DNA of 64,000 nt from Octopus vulgaris (taxonomy: Eukaryota). The stretch is from assembly GCA_951406725.2 (NCBI GenBank), contig OX597814.1, positions 45,384,001-45,448,000 of the forward strand. Reading direction: 5' to 3'. Made by a program: the position numbers and the translations under genes. Under the pieces are notes generated by a model, which did no database searches, was not told the origin of the DNA, and saw nothing but the letters and a program-made list of their open reading frames with translations. This document shows positions 12,934-30,039 of this stretch, one piece after another; position 1 is the stretch's first letter; every line of letters starts with the position of its first letter.

Positions 12934-13974
12934 ACAGACAGACAGAGAAGCATGACAAAATAATATGAAGAACAGTGGGCAGAATATCAACGAGAACTTC
13001 GAGAAAGGAATTGACAACTACAAGAAAAAAATTAACGATGGTAGCCGTTTTTTTTTTTAGAAATATTCAAACAAGATTGTGTAAGAGACAATTCAGTATT
13101 CCTATGAAATGAATATCAGAATGAACAAATTGCATTTGGATCATTACATTGGAGAACTAGAAAGATTTTTGTCCTTATAATGGTGCTTTAAGATTCAGAA
13201 ATAAACCTTTAAACTATTGCCACAACAGTAAAATGTGATTCCTTCTCAGCAACATATTACTCAAGCTATTCTTTCTTGCGTATAACGACGAAATTAATAA
13301 TTTCAAGGAAAATATGACATTATGATTGTACGGTTTTTCTTTGCTTCATTTGATGCAAAAATTACTACACTTGAAGGAAATGGATATTATTGTTTTAGAA
13401 TTCAAGGAAAGACATGCCGTTCAACTTCTACTCTGTAGAATGATCTTTACATTATAGATGCTAATGAAGCTTTACAAAACCAGATAAGAACAGCTGAAAA
13501 TTTAAAATATTGCCTAATGTGGTGTATACAATACAAGAAATTATGATTTTTCACAATCCATTTGTTAAACAATGCAAAGATATGTGTTTGTTAAAGTAGT
13601 AAGATCAGGCATGTGCGCTGAGTAATTATATAGTTCCCAACAAATATGAGCTGCATTTCAGATGAGGCGCTGATGTTAGGCAGTACAATTTTCCTATATG
13701 AAGTCATCGCTATATTTACTCGAGAAAATAGGGTTATTTCAGAAAATAGGAACACCATAACTCGTCCAAGAAATGCATCACGGATAGGATTTCATATTTT
13801 TCTTGCTGCCTTGACCCTATTGTGTTAGCGTCTTTATTGAAAGAATGTTATGAAGAAACACTAATTTGAACATCAGACTAAAGCAATAAAATTAATAAAA
13901 TATGGAATTTTACATGGGTCCTGCTAGCAATTACAACAACAGTTCTAATGATAAAAATTATTTCAGCTATAGAT

Positions 13975-14400
13975 ATAAGGCCAGCAGTGTTAGAGGGGGG
14001 GATAGTTGATTACATCGACCCCAGTGCTCAACTGGTACTTGTGTTATCGACCCCAAAAGGATGAAAAGCAGTTCGGCGAAATTTAACCTCAGAATGTAAA
14101 AAGCCACAAAATTACCGCTAAGAATTTTCTCCCACGCGCTAATGATTTTACCATCTCGCCGCCCTTCTAATAATAACAATAATCCTTTCTACCATATGCA
14201 CAAGGGCCGAAATTTTAGCGGGGAGAGGCAAGCCGATTTCATCGACCTTAGTGCTTAACCGGTATTTATTTTATCGACACCGAGAGGATGAAAGGCGAAG
14301 TCAACCTCAGCGGAATTTCAAATCAGAGCGTAAAGCGGACGAAATGCTGCTAAACGTTTTGTCCGACGTGCTAGTGATTCTGTCAACACGCCGCTTTACC
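13975..14400 (-). mobile_element. Two older copies of SINE family B
   Basis: Diverged matches to ttatcgaccccgaaaggatgaaaggcaaagtcgacctcggcggaatttgaactcag. Confidence 0.75.
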
Positions 14401-14410
14401 AATAATGATG

Positions 14411-14463
<53 letters not shown>

Positions 14464-14464
<1 letters not shown>

Positions 14465-15017
14465 TGCCCTGATGCAGTGCCAGACAGTGGCTCTCATGGC
14501 TTCTGATCTTAACTGATTGGAAGTATTATCATGTACATTTGTCTTGGTATAAAAGATGGGCTATAGCAAATATCCTGCTCAATACCACAGATTTGCTTGT
14601 CAGTTGTTTGACCTTAACCAGTTGAGTATGTCCCTTAGTGGCTGATATGTGCATCTCTGATCATGAGCAGAAGTAGTGGGGGAGCATCATAGCCATGTGT
14701 TGAAAGGAATTCTTGGAGGGGGGTTTAGATAATTCATCTTTGGAAACATGGGTGTTTCGTCCAACATCCTTAAACAATCCTTATTCAGGGACCTTTTGAG
14801 CGGGATGGGCTACTCGAGCAGAAGAAAATTCTAACTGGGCCCCACCTGCAAGGTCATGTACTATTAATCTTGATATGAGATCACCATGTCGCGCACATAT
14901 GGTTATGATGTATGTACTTGGTGTACCCTTATCAGACAGGTAGTCATGATGGGTATACTGGGCTTCGTATATTTTACCCCAGTGTCACTTTGATTGCATG
15001 AACTGCTCTCTCACTCA
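14464..15017. mobile_element. Non-coding repeat inserted in (TAA)n, possibly Dong-related
   Basis: Higher-GC 550-bp block bounded on both sides by (TAA)n; no ORF. Confidence 0.45.
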
Positions 15018-15189
15018 ATAATAATAATAATCCTTTCTACTAAAGGCCTGAAATTTTGGGGGAGGGTCTAATCGATTACATCGATTCCAGTGTTTCACCG
15101 GTACTTAATTCATCGACTCCGATAGGATGAACGGTAAAGCTGACCTCGGCGGAAATTGAACTTAGAAAATAAAGATGGACGAAACGTAT

Positions 15190-18400
<3,211 letters not shown>

Positions 18401-21258
18401 CATGTAGAGTAACACAGACTCTACAGAATCACTACAAAACTATATAACATGGAATACAGTCCGCCCAATTACCATCTAATAAATTAATACCTCACATGCG
18501 CTTACGTAATCGATATCAAACACTATAACACCACAACTCACCTCAATTCTATACAGATACCACGCATAAATATAACATAGCCTGCACAGCACATACTCTA
18601 TATAACCACCATCTGACGCTGAAACTCAAAATTCCCCTGAAACAGCACATGCGAAAGACAAACACTACTCAACAAAATAACACTGCTTACATTTTACATT
18701 TTTACACAACGAACGAAACACTAAAATAAAGCACGAGAAACAACAAAACAAATTTCGTTGCGAAGCAAATAAACTCATTTAGTGTAGAAATAATTAAACG
18801 TCACAATAGAGTGAGATGGCCATATGGAGGTAATCGAGCATTTCAACAGATCCAGATTTATACTAAAGAAAAAGTATAATTCTGCAGCAAAAACAGACCT
18901 CAGGAACACCGCGGAGTTGTTCATAGTGCAGTAGCTACTCACACAGATGTTTTGGAACATGGTGGTAATAAAAATAGTGGTCACAAATGAGTTTATTTGC
19001 TTTCTTCCATATTCCTTCTCCGACCGACAAATACATGCTAACAGTAAACCCATTCACATGGCTTTATTCCTGCCACTCTTAACCAACGTTTCGTAAATTC
19101 GTTGGAAAATGTAAACCGACTGCGCTGCATTTCTCCATTCACCCTCCTCTTTAAGTGTAGCTCGAAGCTGTCGCCGAGGGCTTGGCCGAAGAGGAAAGTG
19201 TTTGCTTTCAGCCCTTTCCATTTTCTTTTCCATGGCTGGCAATCAGAGGAAAATTGTTTGCATTTCCCGTCCACAACAAGTGAAAGAGTAGACGCTACAG
19301 ATGAGTCTAATAAAAAAGAAAACTGGCGGAAATCACGACCTTGAGGAGGTAATAACTAAATAGATGAAAGCGGTCACCACTTCTGCCCGTCCTTTCAGGG
19401 ATAACTTTCTCCCAGACTCTTTCTGACCAAACTACTCATAATCACGTCCCCATATAATAGTCTGGCCCCACTAGAGCCCAAATTTCGTAACGGAGCCTAC
19501 AGCCCAATGACCCACGAATTTGGCCAGCATGGACTTAGCTTTCCAGGTGCTCGGCTGCAAGCAATCTATCTGATGTGACCAGGTTTCAGAGTTCCCCATT
19601 ACATTAATGCGATAGAAACCGCCTCGATTTTCATGGTAGACCACAACATTATAGTGACGTTGTGTGTGTATCCAGAGAGTCCCTTCTGCATCCAACATGA
19701 ATCAGTGGCCTAGAGAATAGAAGTTTATTACCTCACCTCTCTCTTCTATATATTACATAAAGCGTAGATCTGGTGGAACTGCGCAAGTCAACACACTCCA
19801 GAGCTAACTTTCGACACACAGTGAAACAGAATGTCAATTCAGTCATCAAACGAATTTTTAATTTTAATATTCTATTTTAATATTGTGAGTTCAGAACGAG
19901 AGATGGTAGATTCGGTATAAGCAGTACTTAGTTATGTCCCTTTATGTTCAAGTATTCAAATGCTGCTATCAACTTTCTTCGTTATCCTTCCGAATTCAAT
20001 AAAATAGATAATCAATCACGTACTGGTATCTGTTGAATCGATTATATCTTTTTCCCAAAATGTAAGCCCTTATATCTATATTAGAATTTAATATATTTTA
20101 ACATTCTAATTTATGATCGAAAGAAAGCAGAACGGAATTTGTTGATGTGGTACATCGCTTTATCCCTACACGTTCTAAGTTTAAATCTCGCCAATGTAAA
20201 TGATGCCTTTTATCCTTTCACAGTCGATAAAATAAGTACCACACAAGTGCTGACGTCGATATAACGATTTCTATCTCTATTGCAAAATAAGTGGCATTCT
20301 GATGTTGTAAATCAGAACAGGAAATTTGAGCTAATAAGATTTATGTCCCTTGCAAACGAAAATCATCGAGTCGAGAAGACAAATGATAATTTGAGCTGGC
20401 GCGAAGATACATCTTATAATTCGTAAATAATAAATACATATTCGATTATCGTTAAGGAGATATCATTTTTGCTAGTTCGGTCAGCGTGTCTCCAAAATCT
20501 TTTCTCACGGTACACGAATTTATCTTAGTTTACGAATATTGTTATTTCCCTTCAAGAGTTATTTCCCTTTCTATTCTGTTTCCCACTCTCTTTGTGTGTA
20601 CTGAAGGATGTTGCGTACGTGCATTCGTGCGTCCGGGCAGGCGGGCGGGCGTGTGGGCGTGTATATAAGAATGTATTTCAGAAAGACAGTTAATTAGTAG
20701 TATCGTTATTGCATAGGAAAAAATACCTTGTCACCATCGTTACTGCATTAGAATAGCACCATGTTGATAAAGATATTTCTCTCTCTGGAATTTACTTATA
20801 ATTAAAAGGTCCAATTTTGTGGCGCTGATTTCGCCTGAGGACTGCGTCAAGGATTTACGCATCGTCGGAATACTCAACTGCATTCATGCGAACATCACGA
20901 GTATCGGACACATGAAAGTTCATCGTCGAGTCCCACGGGAATTCTACCACTCATGTAGTAGAGATGGGTTTCTGCATGGAATGAGTTTGTGCAAGCTAAC
21001 AAAAACAGGTGCATGTGGGTGTGGTTGTATAACAGAGAGAGAGGAAGGGCAAAGAAGTGCAGTGATATAGAGAAGTCGCAAGTTACAGAAGGCCGGAAAA
21101 ACACAAACACGTAATAATCTAATCTTCATCTCAATCCCGACCTTCAAACGAAGAAAAGATAGCTGTCCCGCAGTTTCCTGGCTCGCTATAAACTAAGTTT
21201 TTTTGTCACTGAACATATTACTACTATTATTGTTATAATACTAGTGGTATATACACAC

Positions 21259-21460
21259 CTATTTCTTTATTACCCACAAGGGGCTAAACACAGAGGGGAC
21301 AAACAAGGACAGACATAGGTATTAAGTCGATTACATCGACCCCAGTGTGTAACTGGTACTTAATTTATCGACCCCGAAAGGATGAGGGCAAAGTCGACCT
21401 CGGCGGAATTTGAACTTACAACGTAACGGCAGACGAAATACCGCTAAGCATTTCGCCACA
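21259..21460 (-). mobile_element. SINE family B, head truncated
   Basis: Near-identical to 52241-52473; followed by (ATGT)n. Confidence 0.85.
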
Positions 21461-21799
21461 CATACATTGTGTGTGTGTATGCATGTATGTATGTATGTAT
21501 GTATGTATGTATGTATGTATGTATGTATGTATGTATGTATGTATGTATATGTATGTATGTATGTGTGTGTATGTATGTATGTATGTATGTGTATGTATGT
21601 GTGTATGTATGTATGTATGTATGTATGTATGTATGTATGTATGTATGTATGTATGTATGCATATGGTGGTCAGTTCGATTTTCAGCATAGTCACTTTCTT
21701 ATTGCAGGCATATATCTATAACAGGTTTCACAGCGTTACTACCGTGACCACTCAGATAAATACTTAGCCGTCGCTTTGTTTTAAACTTCTGACAAATTT

Positions 21800-23065
21800 A
21801 CCACATAATTTACTGAAGACACAACGACAGCTCTGTCTTTGATCATTTGTATAAAATGGATTTTCAGCTCAGCAGAATATGAACCCACCCTTGGACATAA
21901 AGGAGTGTTCCACTATTGCTGTTGAAACTGTATGCCTATAACAACCTCGTGTTGGTCACTCGATATGTCTCCTTTCAAGGATGACAAGTCCTGCTTGTGA
22001 CAGTATTATGCGACCACTGCACTTGTGAAATTATCTAGTGACTTTCAATCGTACAAAATGGCCAGTCTGTTTCACTTTTTAATAAACAATTCGAATTTTC
22101 TCAAATTTCCTCATTGTAAACCGCCATTCGCTTCCGTTCAATGCAAGATGTTCCCAATGAATAGTGCTAATGTTCAAGAATTTAAGTTTGTTTTTTGTGA
22201 TATGATGAACTCTCTTTTTCAGCTTGCATTGGTGAAGCTTTCCTAAAGCTAATTCTCTTCAGCTTGCATTGGTGAAGCTTTCCTAAAGCTAATTCTCCAT
22301 AAATTAATTGCGTTAGAAACCTGGAATCTTCAAAACGGGTGATTTGACCAATTCGTCGTGTTTTGTACTTGACGAGGCGAGCTACCATATTGAGAACTCG
22401 CGCTTTTTTTTTTTTCTAGGACTTCTGTATCAGGTGTAAAAGCTTACCCCCACAAGTGCCTAAAATATTTCTTGCGAAATAACTCGAGTATTTTGATCTG
22501 TCATCGATACGGAATTCATGTCTCAGATGAGTAGAATAGGGATGTGATGGAAGTATCATCAATGCAAACCTTGGTGGACAGCTTCAAGTCCCTGTTTGAC
22601 CAGACTTGTTTCTCAAGTGTTCTAAACACAAATGAACACTTCTCAACCCTTAAATTAAAATCGGAATCTTGAGATATATCGCTGGAGAAAGAATTGCCAA
22701 AATACGCAAAAGGACCTACAGCATCAAAGATGGTCTTGTAATATATTTGGTTCCGCACAGGTCTCTCCCACAACATGTGTAGCCATTAGATTATTCCTCT
22801 TCAAACTAATAGTAAGTTTGAAAGCAGTTCAGAAACTGAAGAAGAAATTCATTATTTTCTGAATATCTTGTTCAAAGTGAGTCACAAGAACACAGTCTTC
22901 ATCATCGACCAAATCACGAAACAAATTTATAGATAAGTTTGATTTCACTTTGAAATGAATTTAATGGAACAGCTTACTTGTAGTGCGATAACGGTAAAAA
23001 AAAAAAGGCCTAAATCACAGTCCTTGACTGTACGAGCAAACACCAATGCAAAGCTTATTAACAAA
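21800..23065 (-). mobile_element. Decayed RTE-clade LINE (RT and C-terminal region)
   Basis: Peptides FAYFGNSFSSD..LEKQVWSNRDLKLSTKVCI..LFYSSET and DSRFLTQLIYGELALGK are typical of RTE ORF2; many frameshifts; 41-bp internal tandem duplication at ~22218-22297. Confidence 0.8.
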
Positions 23066-23088
23066 GTTGACGTGTTGTGTGTGTGTGT

Positions 23089-23143
<55 letters not shown>

Positions 23144-23244
23144 CGTGCGTGCGTGTGAGAGAGACCCTCTGGACGGGAGGGTGTAGGCGTGACTGCGTAC
23201 ATGTTTTAATCAAAGGTGGGGGTATAATTACTTAATATTCTATG

Positions 23245-23280
<36 letters not shown>

Positions 23281-23300
23281 TGTATGTATGTATGTATGTA

Positions 23301-23510
23301 TGTATTAATGGCCTATAAATTTTTATAGTATGCTACTACTTCATAAATAAAAATCATTAACGTGATTTTTATCCTTATATTCTTTTATGAATTAATATAT
23401 ATATATGGATATATATTATTAATATTATTATTTAATTGAACGCCACGCCTCCATTTCCAAGTAAGTATATAGTAGTAGCATACTATAAAAATTTATAGGC
23501 AATTAATACA
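23301..23510. repeat. Fold-back with 40-bp inverted arms
   Basis: tgtattaatggcctataaatttttatagtatgctactact (23301-23340) vs agtagtagcatactataaaaatttataggcaattaataca (23471-23510). Confidence 0.85.
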
Positions 23511-23544
23511 TTAAATTAATAATAATGTACATATGTATATAATT

Positions 23545-23940
23545 ATATCAAGGGATATCGGGCGAACACGACCTTTCTCAAGCATGCTTGAAGTGCCGAT
23601 ACCTTCGTACAGGACGTCACTAACTGTGTGAACAACACGAAGTACGAAAACAAAGGAGTTAAATACAACGAAAGAAAAAATGGAAAACAGGACAAGTAAC
23701 ACGGAGAACGACCCTTCATCAGCTGTCGGCTGTCTATCTACTCCTCATTTCGAGCATTCAGAAGACTCATACTGTTGTTCAATGCTCGAAATGAGGAGTA
23801 AATAGACAGTCGACAACTGATGAAGGGTCGTCCTCCGTGTCACTTGTCCTATTTTCCATTTTTTCTCTCGTTGTTTGTGTATTTAACTTATTTGTTTTCG
23901 TACTTCATGTTGTTTACACAGTTGGTGATATCCTGTACCC
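23545..23940. mobile_element. Fold-back element with ~150-bp arms and unpaired tail, TA-flanked
   Basis: Arms ~23607-23760 and ~23779-23938; contains CTGATGAAGGG but no complete hammerhead. Confidence 0.8.
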
Positions 23941-25994
23941 ATATATACATATTTATATATAGGTTTCAAATTTTGGTACACGGCCAGCAAGTTCCGTGAG
24001 AGCGTAAGTCAATTACATCAACCCAAGTGCTTAACTGGTATTTATTTTATCGACCCTGAAAGGATGAATGGCAAAGTCGACCTCAGTGGAATTTGAACTC
24101 AGAACATAAAGACGGAAGAAATTCTACTAAGCATTTTGCCCGGCGTGCTAACGATTCTGAAGATGAAGATATACTCAGTAAGGTCTCAGGTGATTATGTT
24201 TCTATACATAGTTTATATAAGGGTGAAGTGGGACAACGAAAGCAACAACTGAATTACCTCCCTGAAGGCCAGTTACTTTTCTTAGTTATTTCCCTTCTTA
24301 TAATACTCAGAATATGAGTAAATAGCTTAACTTACGACATGGACTATAGAATGTTATGTTTGTTCTACCCATAATGAACGCATCTGTCTTATGATGCCAA
24401 AGAAGGGGAGAAAGACAATTTTCAGAGAGCCAGTATGAACGAACTCGTTGCAATGAATAGTGTGGTGTCTAGAAGAATGAATATGAGGGACGTAAGAATT
24501 AGATACGAATCTCAGATAGATGAGTCTAGTAGCTAGCTCCCGACTTTAACTTGCTCCAATTATCGCAAAGAGAAGAGAGACCGTCTATGGCCGGGAGATT
24601 GCAATATGTGGTCAAATGGCTTCATTTTACTCAGATGAGAGGTATTTTAGAAGTGTATTTTCAAAGTAGAAAAGTGTAACATGAATATTTCTAAAGATAA
24701 TATTTTTGATTAGGAAATCAGTTGGTTTCAAATTTTTGGCATAGAGACCAGCAATTTCGGGGGAGGGGATATAAGTCGATTACGTTGATCCCAGTGCTTA
24801 ACTGGTACTTATTTTGTCCGTCTCGCTAACGGTCCAATCATTTCGCTGCCTTGTATTGAACACAAATATTCCAAGAGAAATTGAAGCAGTCCGCTACATC
24901 TTTTATTGTCAGCATCGGTAGAGCTTTGAATAAAGTACTTTGGTTGTTTAGTTTCGTCTCCTGAGTTCGAATTTCGCTGAGCTCAACTGTACTTTTCATT
25001 TTTCGAGAGTCATTAAAATAAGCAAGTAAGTACTGTCGATAAACGGTTCCCTCTTCCAAAATGCCTGACATAGTTATAACGTCAGAAACTAAAAACTATT
25101 TGTTCAGTACCTCTCAATCAAACAGATACGATTTTTGTTTTATTCATATTTTCTAGAGAGAGGGGGAGGGGAGGAAGGGAGGTGGATGGATACTTTAAAG
25201 CAAGTCATTTTTATCATTCTCACATTCTGAGTTTGTAAGGGAGATAACTGGAGAGCTCTTTCATCGCAACAATTGTGATAAAATGATAGAATAATTATAA
25301 CCATTTAAAATGCAGATGTACCGTTATATTCACTTGTGTATTATTTCGTGGACTTTTTTGTATCATATACTATTAGAGCTTCGTTGTATGGCTATGACTT
25401 AATCTGTGAAGATATTCTACTACATCTGTCGTAACAGTCTGTGAAGGACTACATTCCGTTTATGAGTATTGCGTAGTTACCTCCCTTCGACTTTTATCAA
25501 GGTTTTTTTTTTCCGTCTGATTTTGATTATTGTTTTAATCCCACATCTACTATACCTACCACCAAATTCTCATAATTTGTTCGTCTCTGTCAGCTATGCA
25601 ATAAACACTTCAACTTAAACGTCAACATGGAGGAATTGTCGAATCATGGAACAAATTACTTGTCTCAGTTATTCGTTGACAGGATACTGCAATCCTTCAA
25701 AAATCCTTCCTTCCTAAAATTCGCCGACATTACTTCTGACGTGCCTATAGACCTCTTTATGACTCTTTCAGCGGTCACTTCTTTCTGTTTTTGTTTTTGA
25801 TTTTTATTCTGAGTACTGTACACGTACATCTAGCTTTCAGTACTACGGGTCTTTATTTGACTTGTATCTGTTTTCTGTCACCTCTTTTAAATTTTCCTGG
25901 TTAGTTGTAGTGCATCCAAGTACTGTAGTGCATCCAAGCCGAGGTCGACTTTGCCATTCATCCTTTTCAGGTTGTTGTTGCTGTTGTTGTTTTC

Positions 25995-26207
25995 CAGGGC
26001 AAGGACAATAAAGGAGGACATCTCCAGACTCTCAGGTCCGCTGGTAGTCGGTCTGCGAAGATGGAACCGCGAATGGCTCGCTACCTTTAGTGACCTCGCA
26101 CAGGACCGTCGAGCATGGGCCGCCATGGTTCGTGATGCCGTCAGGACCAGGGAAGAAGCCGGCTCAACCCGCCTTGGGTGAACGTCGTCACAAGTAAGTA
26201 AGTAAGT
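25995..26207 (+). mobile_element. 3' end of an RTE-like LINE
   Basis: Encodes EWLATFSDLAQDRRAWAAMVRDAV; ends in an (AAGT)n tail. Confidence 0.8.
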
Positions 26208-26226
26208 GTTGTTCTTCTTCTTCTTC

Positions 26227-26300
<74 letters not shown>

Positions 26301-26629
26301 ACATTTAGATATGCCTCTTCTTTATATGTGGTTGCTTTCATTCAACTGTGGTCGAAGCTCTCAGCTGAGTCAAGTTTTCAGTAGATTACTGCACCCCTAC
26401 TGTGCATACACACACGGAACGAATTCTCTTCAGTGTTTACATAACACCCTTTCTCATACAAAGGGCTCTCTATTGCAATCCTCGTTATTTACTCTGTAAC
26501 ACTTAAAATAATTCCAATTTATCAGAAAGTTTTCTCTCCTCTCTTTCGAAAAAGGAACAAGTGTATATGACACAATTGCATTTTTTTCCAGACATACCTA
26601 ACTGGGAATAACATTTTAATATTCTAATT

Positions 26630-27051
26630 CAGTTGTTCTAAACCGGGGTTTATATGTCCTCTGGGTATCCATATAAGATTTCGAAGGATCTACGCAAGCA
26701 AAATGGTATTTTGGGGATCCACAATATTATTTTAAGGATCTATGAAAAAGTTTTGTTTTAGATGTATTTATTGCAATAAACAGTTGGTTTTTTTTGGTTT
26801 TTTTTTGGTTCTTTCTCTCTCTAAGGCTTAACATAGTTCAACATTTGTTTATTTTGGGGGTTTTTTTGTTTGTTTGTTTTTGTTTTGTTTTGTTTTTTAC
26901 ATATGTAAATAAACATGTAAAAAAACAAAATGGGAATCTTGGAAGAAGTGTCTATAAAACTAGTTTTTGAAACATCGAATGACGTGGGGATCCAGCGAAA
27001 TGAAATAGTAATCAAAGGAGTCCATATGTAAAATATGGTTGAGAAACAATG
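26630..27051. mobile_element. hAT (Charlie-like) MITE
   Basis: Imperfect TIRs CAGTTGTTCTAAACC / GGTTGAGAAACAATG; 8-bp TSD ttctaatt (26622-26629, 27052-27059). Confidence 0.85.
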
Positions 27052-28057
27052 TTCTAATTTAAAGACGATAGACGACGGAGTTGGTAGAAGAGATATATAA
27101 TAATGTCCTTTTAGAACTATGCATTCAAAAACCACACTTGTTAATTTTGCTCGTTACTTTTCCGAAATTGGTGATTTAAGTGCCAGACAAGTACTAGACA
27201 AATAAATTTTCGGCTCTGCGCTTGTGCTAGAAATAAATACTATGCACTGATAGATTGGAGCTAGTATCTTCATCTTGATTGTTAAAGTCAGAACATTTCT
27301 AGCTATCATATCAGCTAACTTCCTTGGAATTTCGAACCGAACATTTTATTAAATCTACGAAAGTAGATTGTTCTCCTTCCGTTGTCCGCACAAAGAATCC
27401 CCCAATAATTTATTTTCTGTATGTCATACCTCTTACACATAGCACTATAGCCCAAACATTGAAGATTTATCCTTTTTTTTTTCTATTCTTATGTATCAAT
27501 ATCAACGGTGTTTGAGTTTGTCGGAGTTCTGTCCCTTGAAAGTGAAAAAATCTATTGACAGTGGGTATTAAGAGTTTGCAAGAAACAAACCGTGCGTTTC
27601 TCTACCATAAAAAGTTGAATTTGCGTTTGTCTACCGTGAAAGTATTGAGTAGTATATTTCACTAATATCGTTTTCTGCGAAAAACAACGAATGCTCAGAA
27701 TTATCAGTGCGTCGAACAAAAAGCTTAACAGCATTTCTTCCGGCTCTTCATGTTCTGAGTTCAAACCCCGCTAAGATCAACTTTACCTTTCATCCTTTCG
27801 GCGTCGATGAAATAATGTGCCAGTATAGCAGTAGGGGCGATGTTGTAATAGACTAATCCCCTACCCATAATTTTTTTTAATGAAAGCTACTTAAATTTAA
27901 AACAACTTTTTCCTTTCAAGAGTTATTTCCCCTTTTATATTTCTTGCATATATATGTGTAAAATGCGGTAATGGGTTCCTGTATGCAAGCAAATCGGTGA
28001 CAAAGCCGAGGTATTATATGTAATGTGTGTGGTGACATATCCGTGTGTGTGTGTGTG

Positions 28058-28094
<37 letters not shown>

Positions 28095-28195
28095 AATGGA
28101 AGTAACTTCCTGAAAGAGCTATATCGATTAGTTATTTCCCTTTGATTCAGTTGTAAAGTCCATGAAGCTAGAAGTATCGTAGTCTACCTAATGCC

Positions 28196-28215
28196 CGTGA
28201 TTGATCAATCATTCA

Positions 28216-28249
<34 letters not shown>

Positions 28250-28292
28250 CGCGTGTACACACACACACATACATGAATGATTGATCAATCAC
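28196..28292. repeat. Palindrome including TG/CA microsatellite arms
   Basis: cgtgattgatcaatcattcatgtgtgtg...cacacatacatgaatgattgatcaatcacg. Confidence 0.9.
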
Positions 28293-28314
28293 GCCTTAAC
28301 ATTAACAATTCACA

Positions 28315-28965
28315 ATGGTTTTAAATATTGGCACATGGCCAGTGATTTATAGGAATAGAGTAAGGCGATTACATCGAGGTCAATGCTCAAATGATATTTA
28401 TTTTATCGACCCCGAAAGGATGAAAGGCAAAGCTGACCTCGGCAGAATTTGAACTCAGAACGTAGACAGACGAAATGCCGCTAAGCATTTTGCCCGATGT
28501 GTTAAATATTCCCCCAGCTCGCCGCCTTTAATTCTTTCTAGAATAAGCACAAGTCTTAAAATTTTGAGTGACCCCAGTACATCGAGCCTAGGCCTTAACT
28601 GGTACTTATTTTTAGCGACCCCAACAGATGAAACGAAAAGTCGACCTCAGCAGAATTTGAACACAGAACGTAAAGCTGGAAAAAACGCCGCTGAGCATTT
28701 TGTCCGGCGTGCTACCGACTCTACTAGCTCGCCGCCGTCTTCCCTCCAACTATAGACACACGGTGAGAATTTTTTTTTTTTTTTTTGATGTGGGGAGATA
28801 GTGGGGTCATTCGATCTCAGCAGCCCTAGTACTTGAACGGTACTTATTTTATCGATCCTAAAAGGATGAAAGACAAAGTCGACCTGGGCGGAATTTGAAC
28901 TCAGAACAGATGGACGAAATGCTACTAAGCATTTTGTCCTGCATGCTAAGGATTTTGGCAGCCTT
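28315..28965 (-). mobile_element. Three head-to-tail older SINE family B copies
   Basis: Core repeated at ~28400, ~28610 and ~28850. Confidence 0.8.
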
Positions 28966-29242
28966 ATTGCACTATTATGCTCCAGTATGTTTTTCTTTTT
29001 CTTTCTATTCTTTCTTTTTTTTTGTACTAAAAGGGGAAAAACTTTGTACCTTAAACCATGTATTGTCTGCACCTCCATTTTAATCTTGATTTTGTAGATA
29101 TCGGGGTAGTGCATCTAACAGATTGAATTTAACGGCAACTTGTTACATTACAGGAACTAACTCATAAACGACTTGATATATATGATTATTACAATATATA
29201 TGCTTAGCTGTATTTCATTTTCAAGATGTCTGTTAGTTTTAC

Positions 29243-29360
<118 letters not shown>

Positions 29361-29745
29361 CTCTGTGTGTGTGTGTGTGTTATTGTTTATGTGCAAGCAA
29401 GTGCAAGTGTACATGCGCATGTGTGCGTATATACGTTTGAGTTTACAAATGAGATTTTTCTTTTTAATGTACATTAATTAAAAGTGTTACAACTGGGTGC
29501 TTCAACCAACTTGTAAACCTTGTTACACTGTGTTATGACGCGTAATTGCTTGTACAGGAATACTGTATCGTGACAAAAAATGACTACTAGATAGAATATA
29601 TTATCGTTCACTCAGAATATTTTGTAAAGGGAATCAACTTTTAAATGATTTTCCTCCCTTGAAATAAATATTCTTCGCTATTTAGATGTTTGTACTACAA
29701 TAGTTTTCATTTACTTCGTTAAGTAGAAGCTAATGTGGTATCAAT

Positions 29746-30013
29746 GTGGAGGCGCGTGACTTAGTGGTTAGGGTGATAGCACTCTGATCGTAAGATTGTG
29801 GTTTCGATTCCTGGACCGGGCGCTGCGTTGTGTTCTTGAGCAAAACACTTCATTTCATGTTGATCCAGTCCACTCAGCTGGTAAAAATGAGTAACGCTAC
29901 GATGGACTAGCGTCCCGTCCAGCTGGTGAACACATACGCCATAGAAACCGGGAAACTGGGCCCATGATCCTGGCTAGGCTTTTAAAGGGTGCCATTATTT
30001 TATTTTATTTTAT
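29746..30013 (+). mobile_element. tRNA-derived SINE (family D, V-domain-like core)
   Basis: A/B-box head; gatggactagcgtcccgtccag..gaaaccgg core; (TTTTA)n tail; 15-bp TSD taatgtggta[t/g]caat. Confidence 0.85.
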
Positions 30014-30039
30014 TAATGTGGTAGCAATAGAAAGAGAAT

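Noticed and set aside
20828-20875. CTGAGGA followed by a TGCGT/ACGCA hairpin
   Set aside because: The GAAA half of the hammerhead core is absent; at best a deleted remnant.
23780-23840. CGAAA..CTGATGA as a type II hammerhead
   Set aside because: Stems I to III cannot be paired convincingly.
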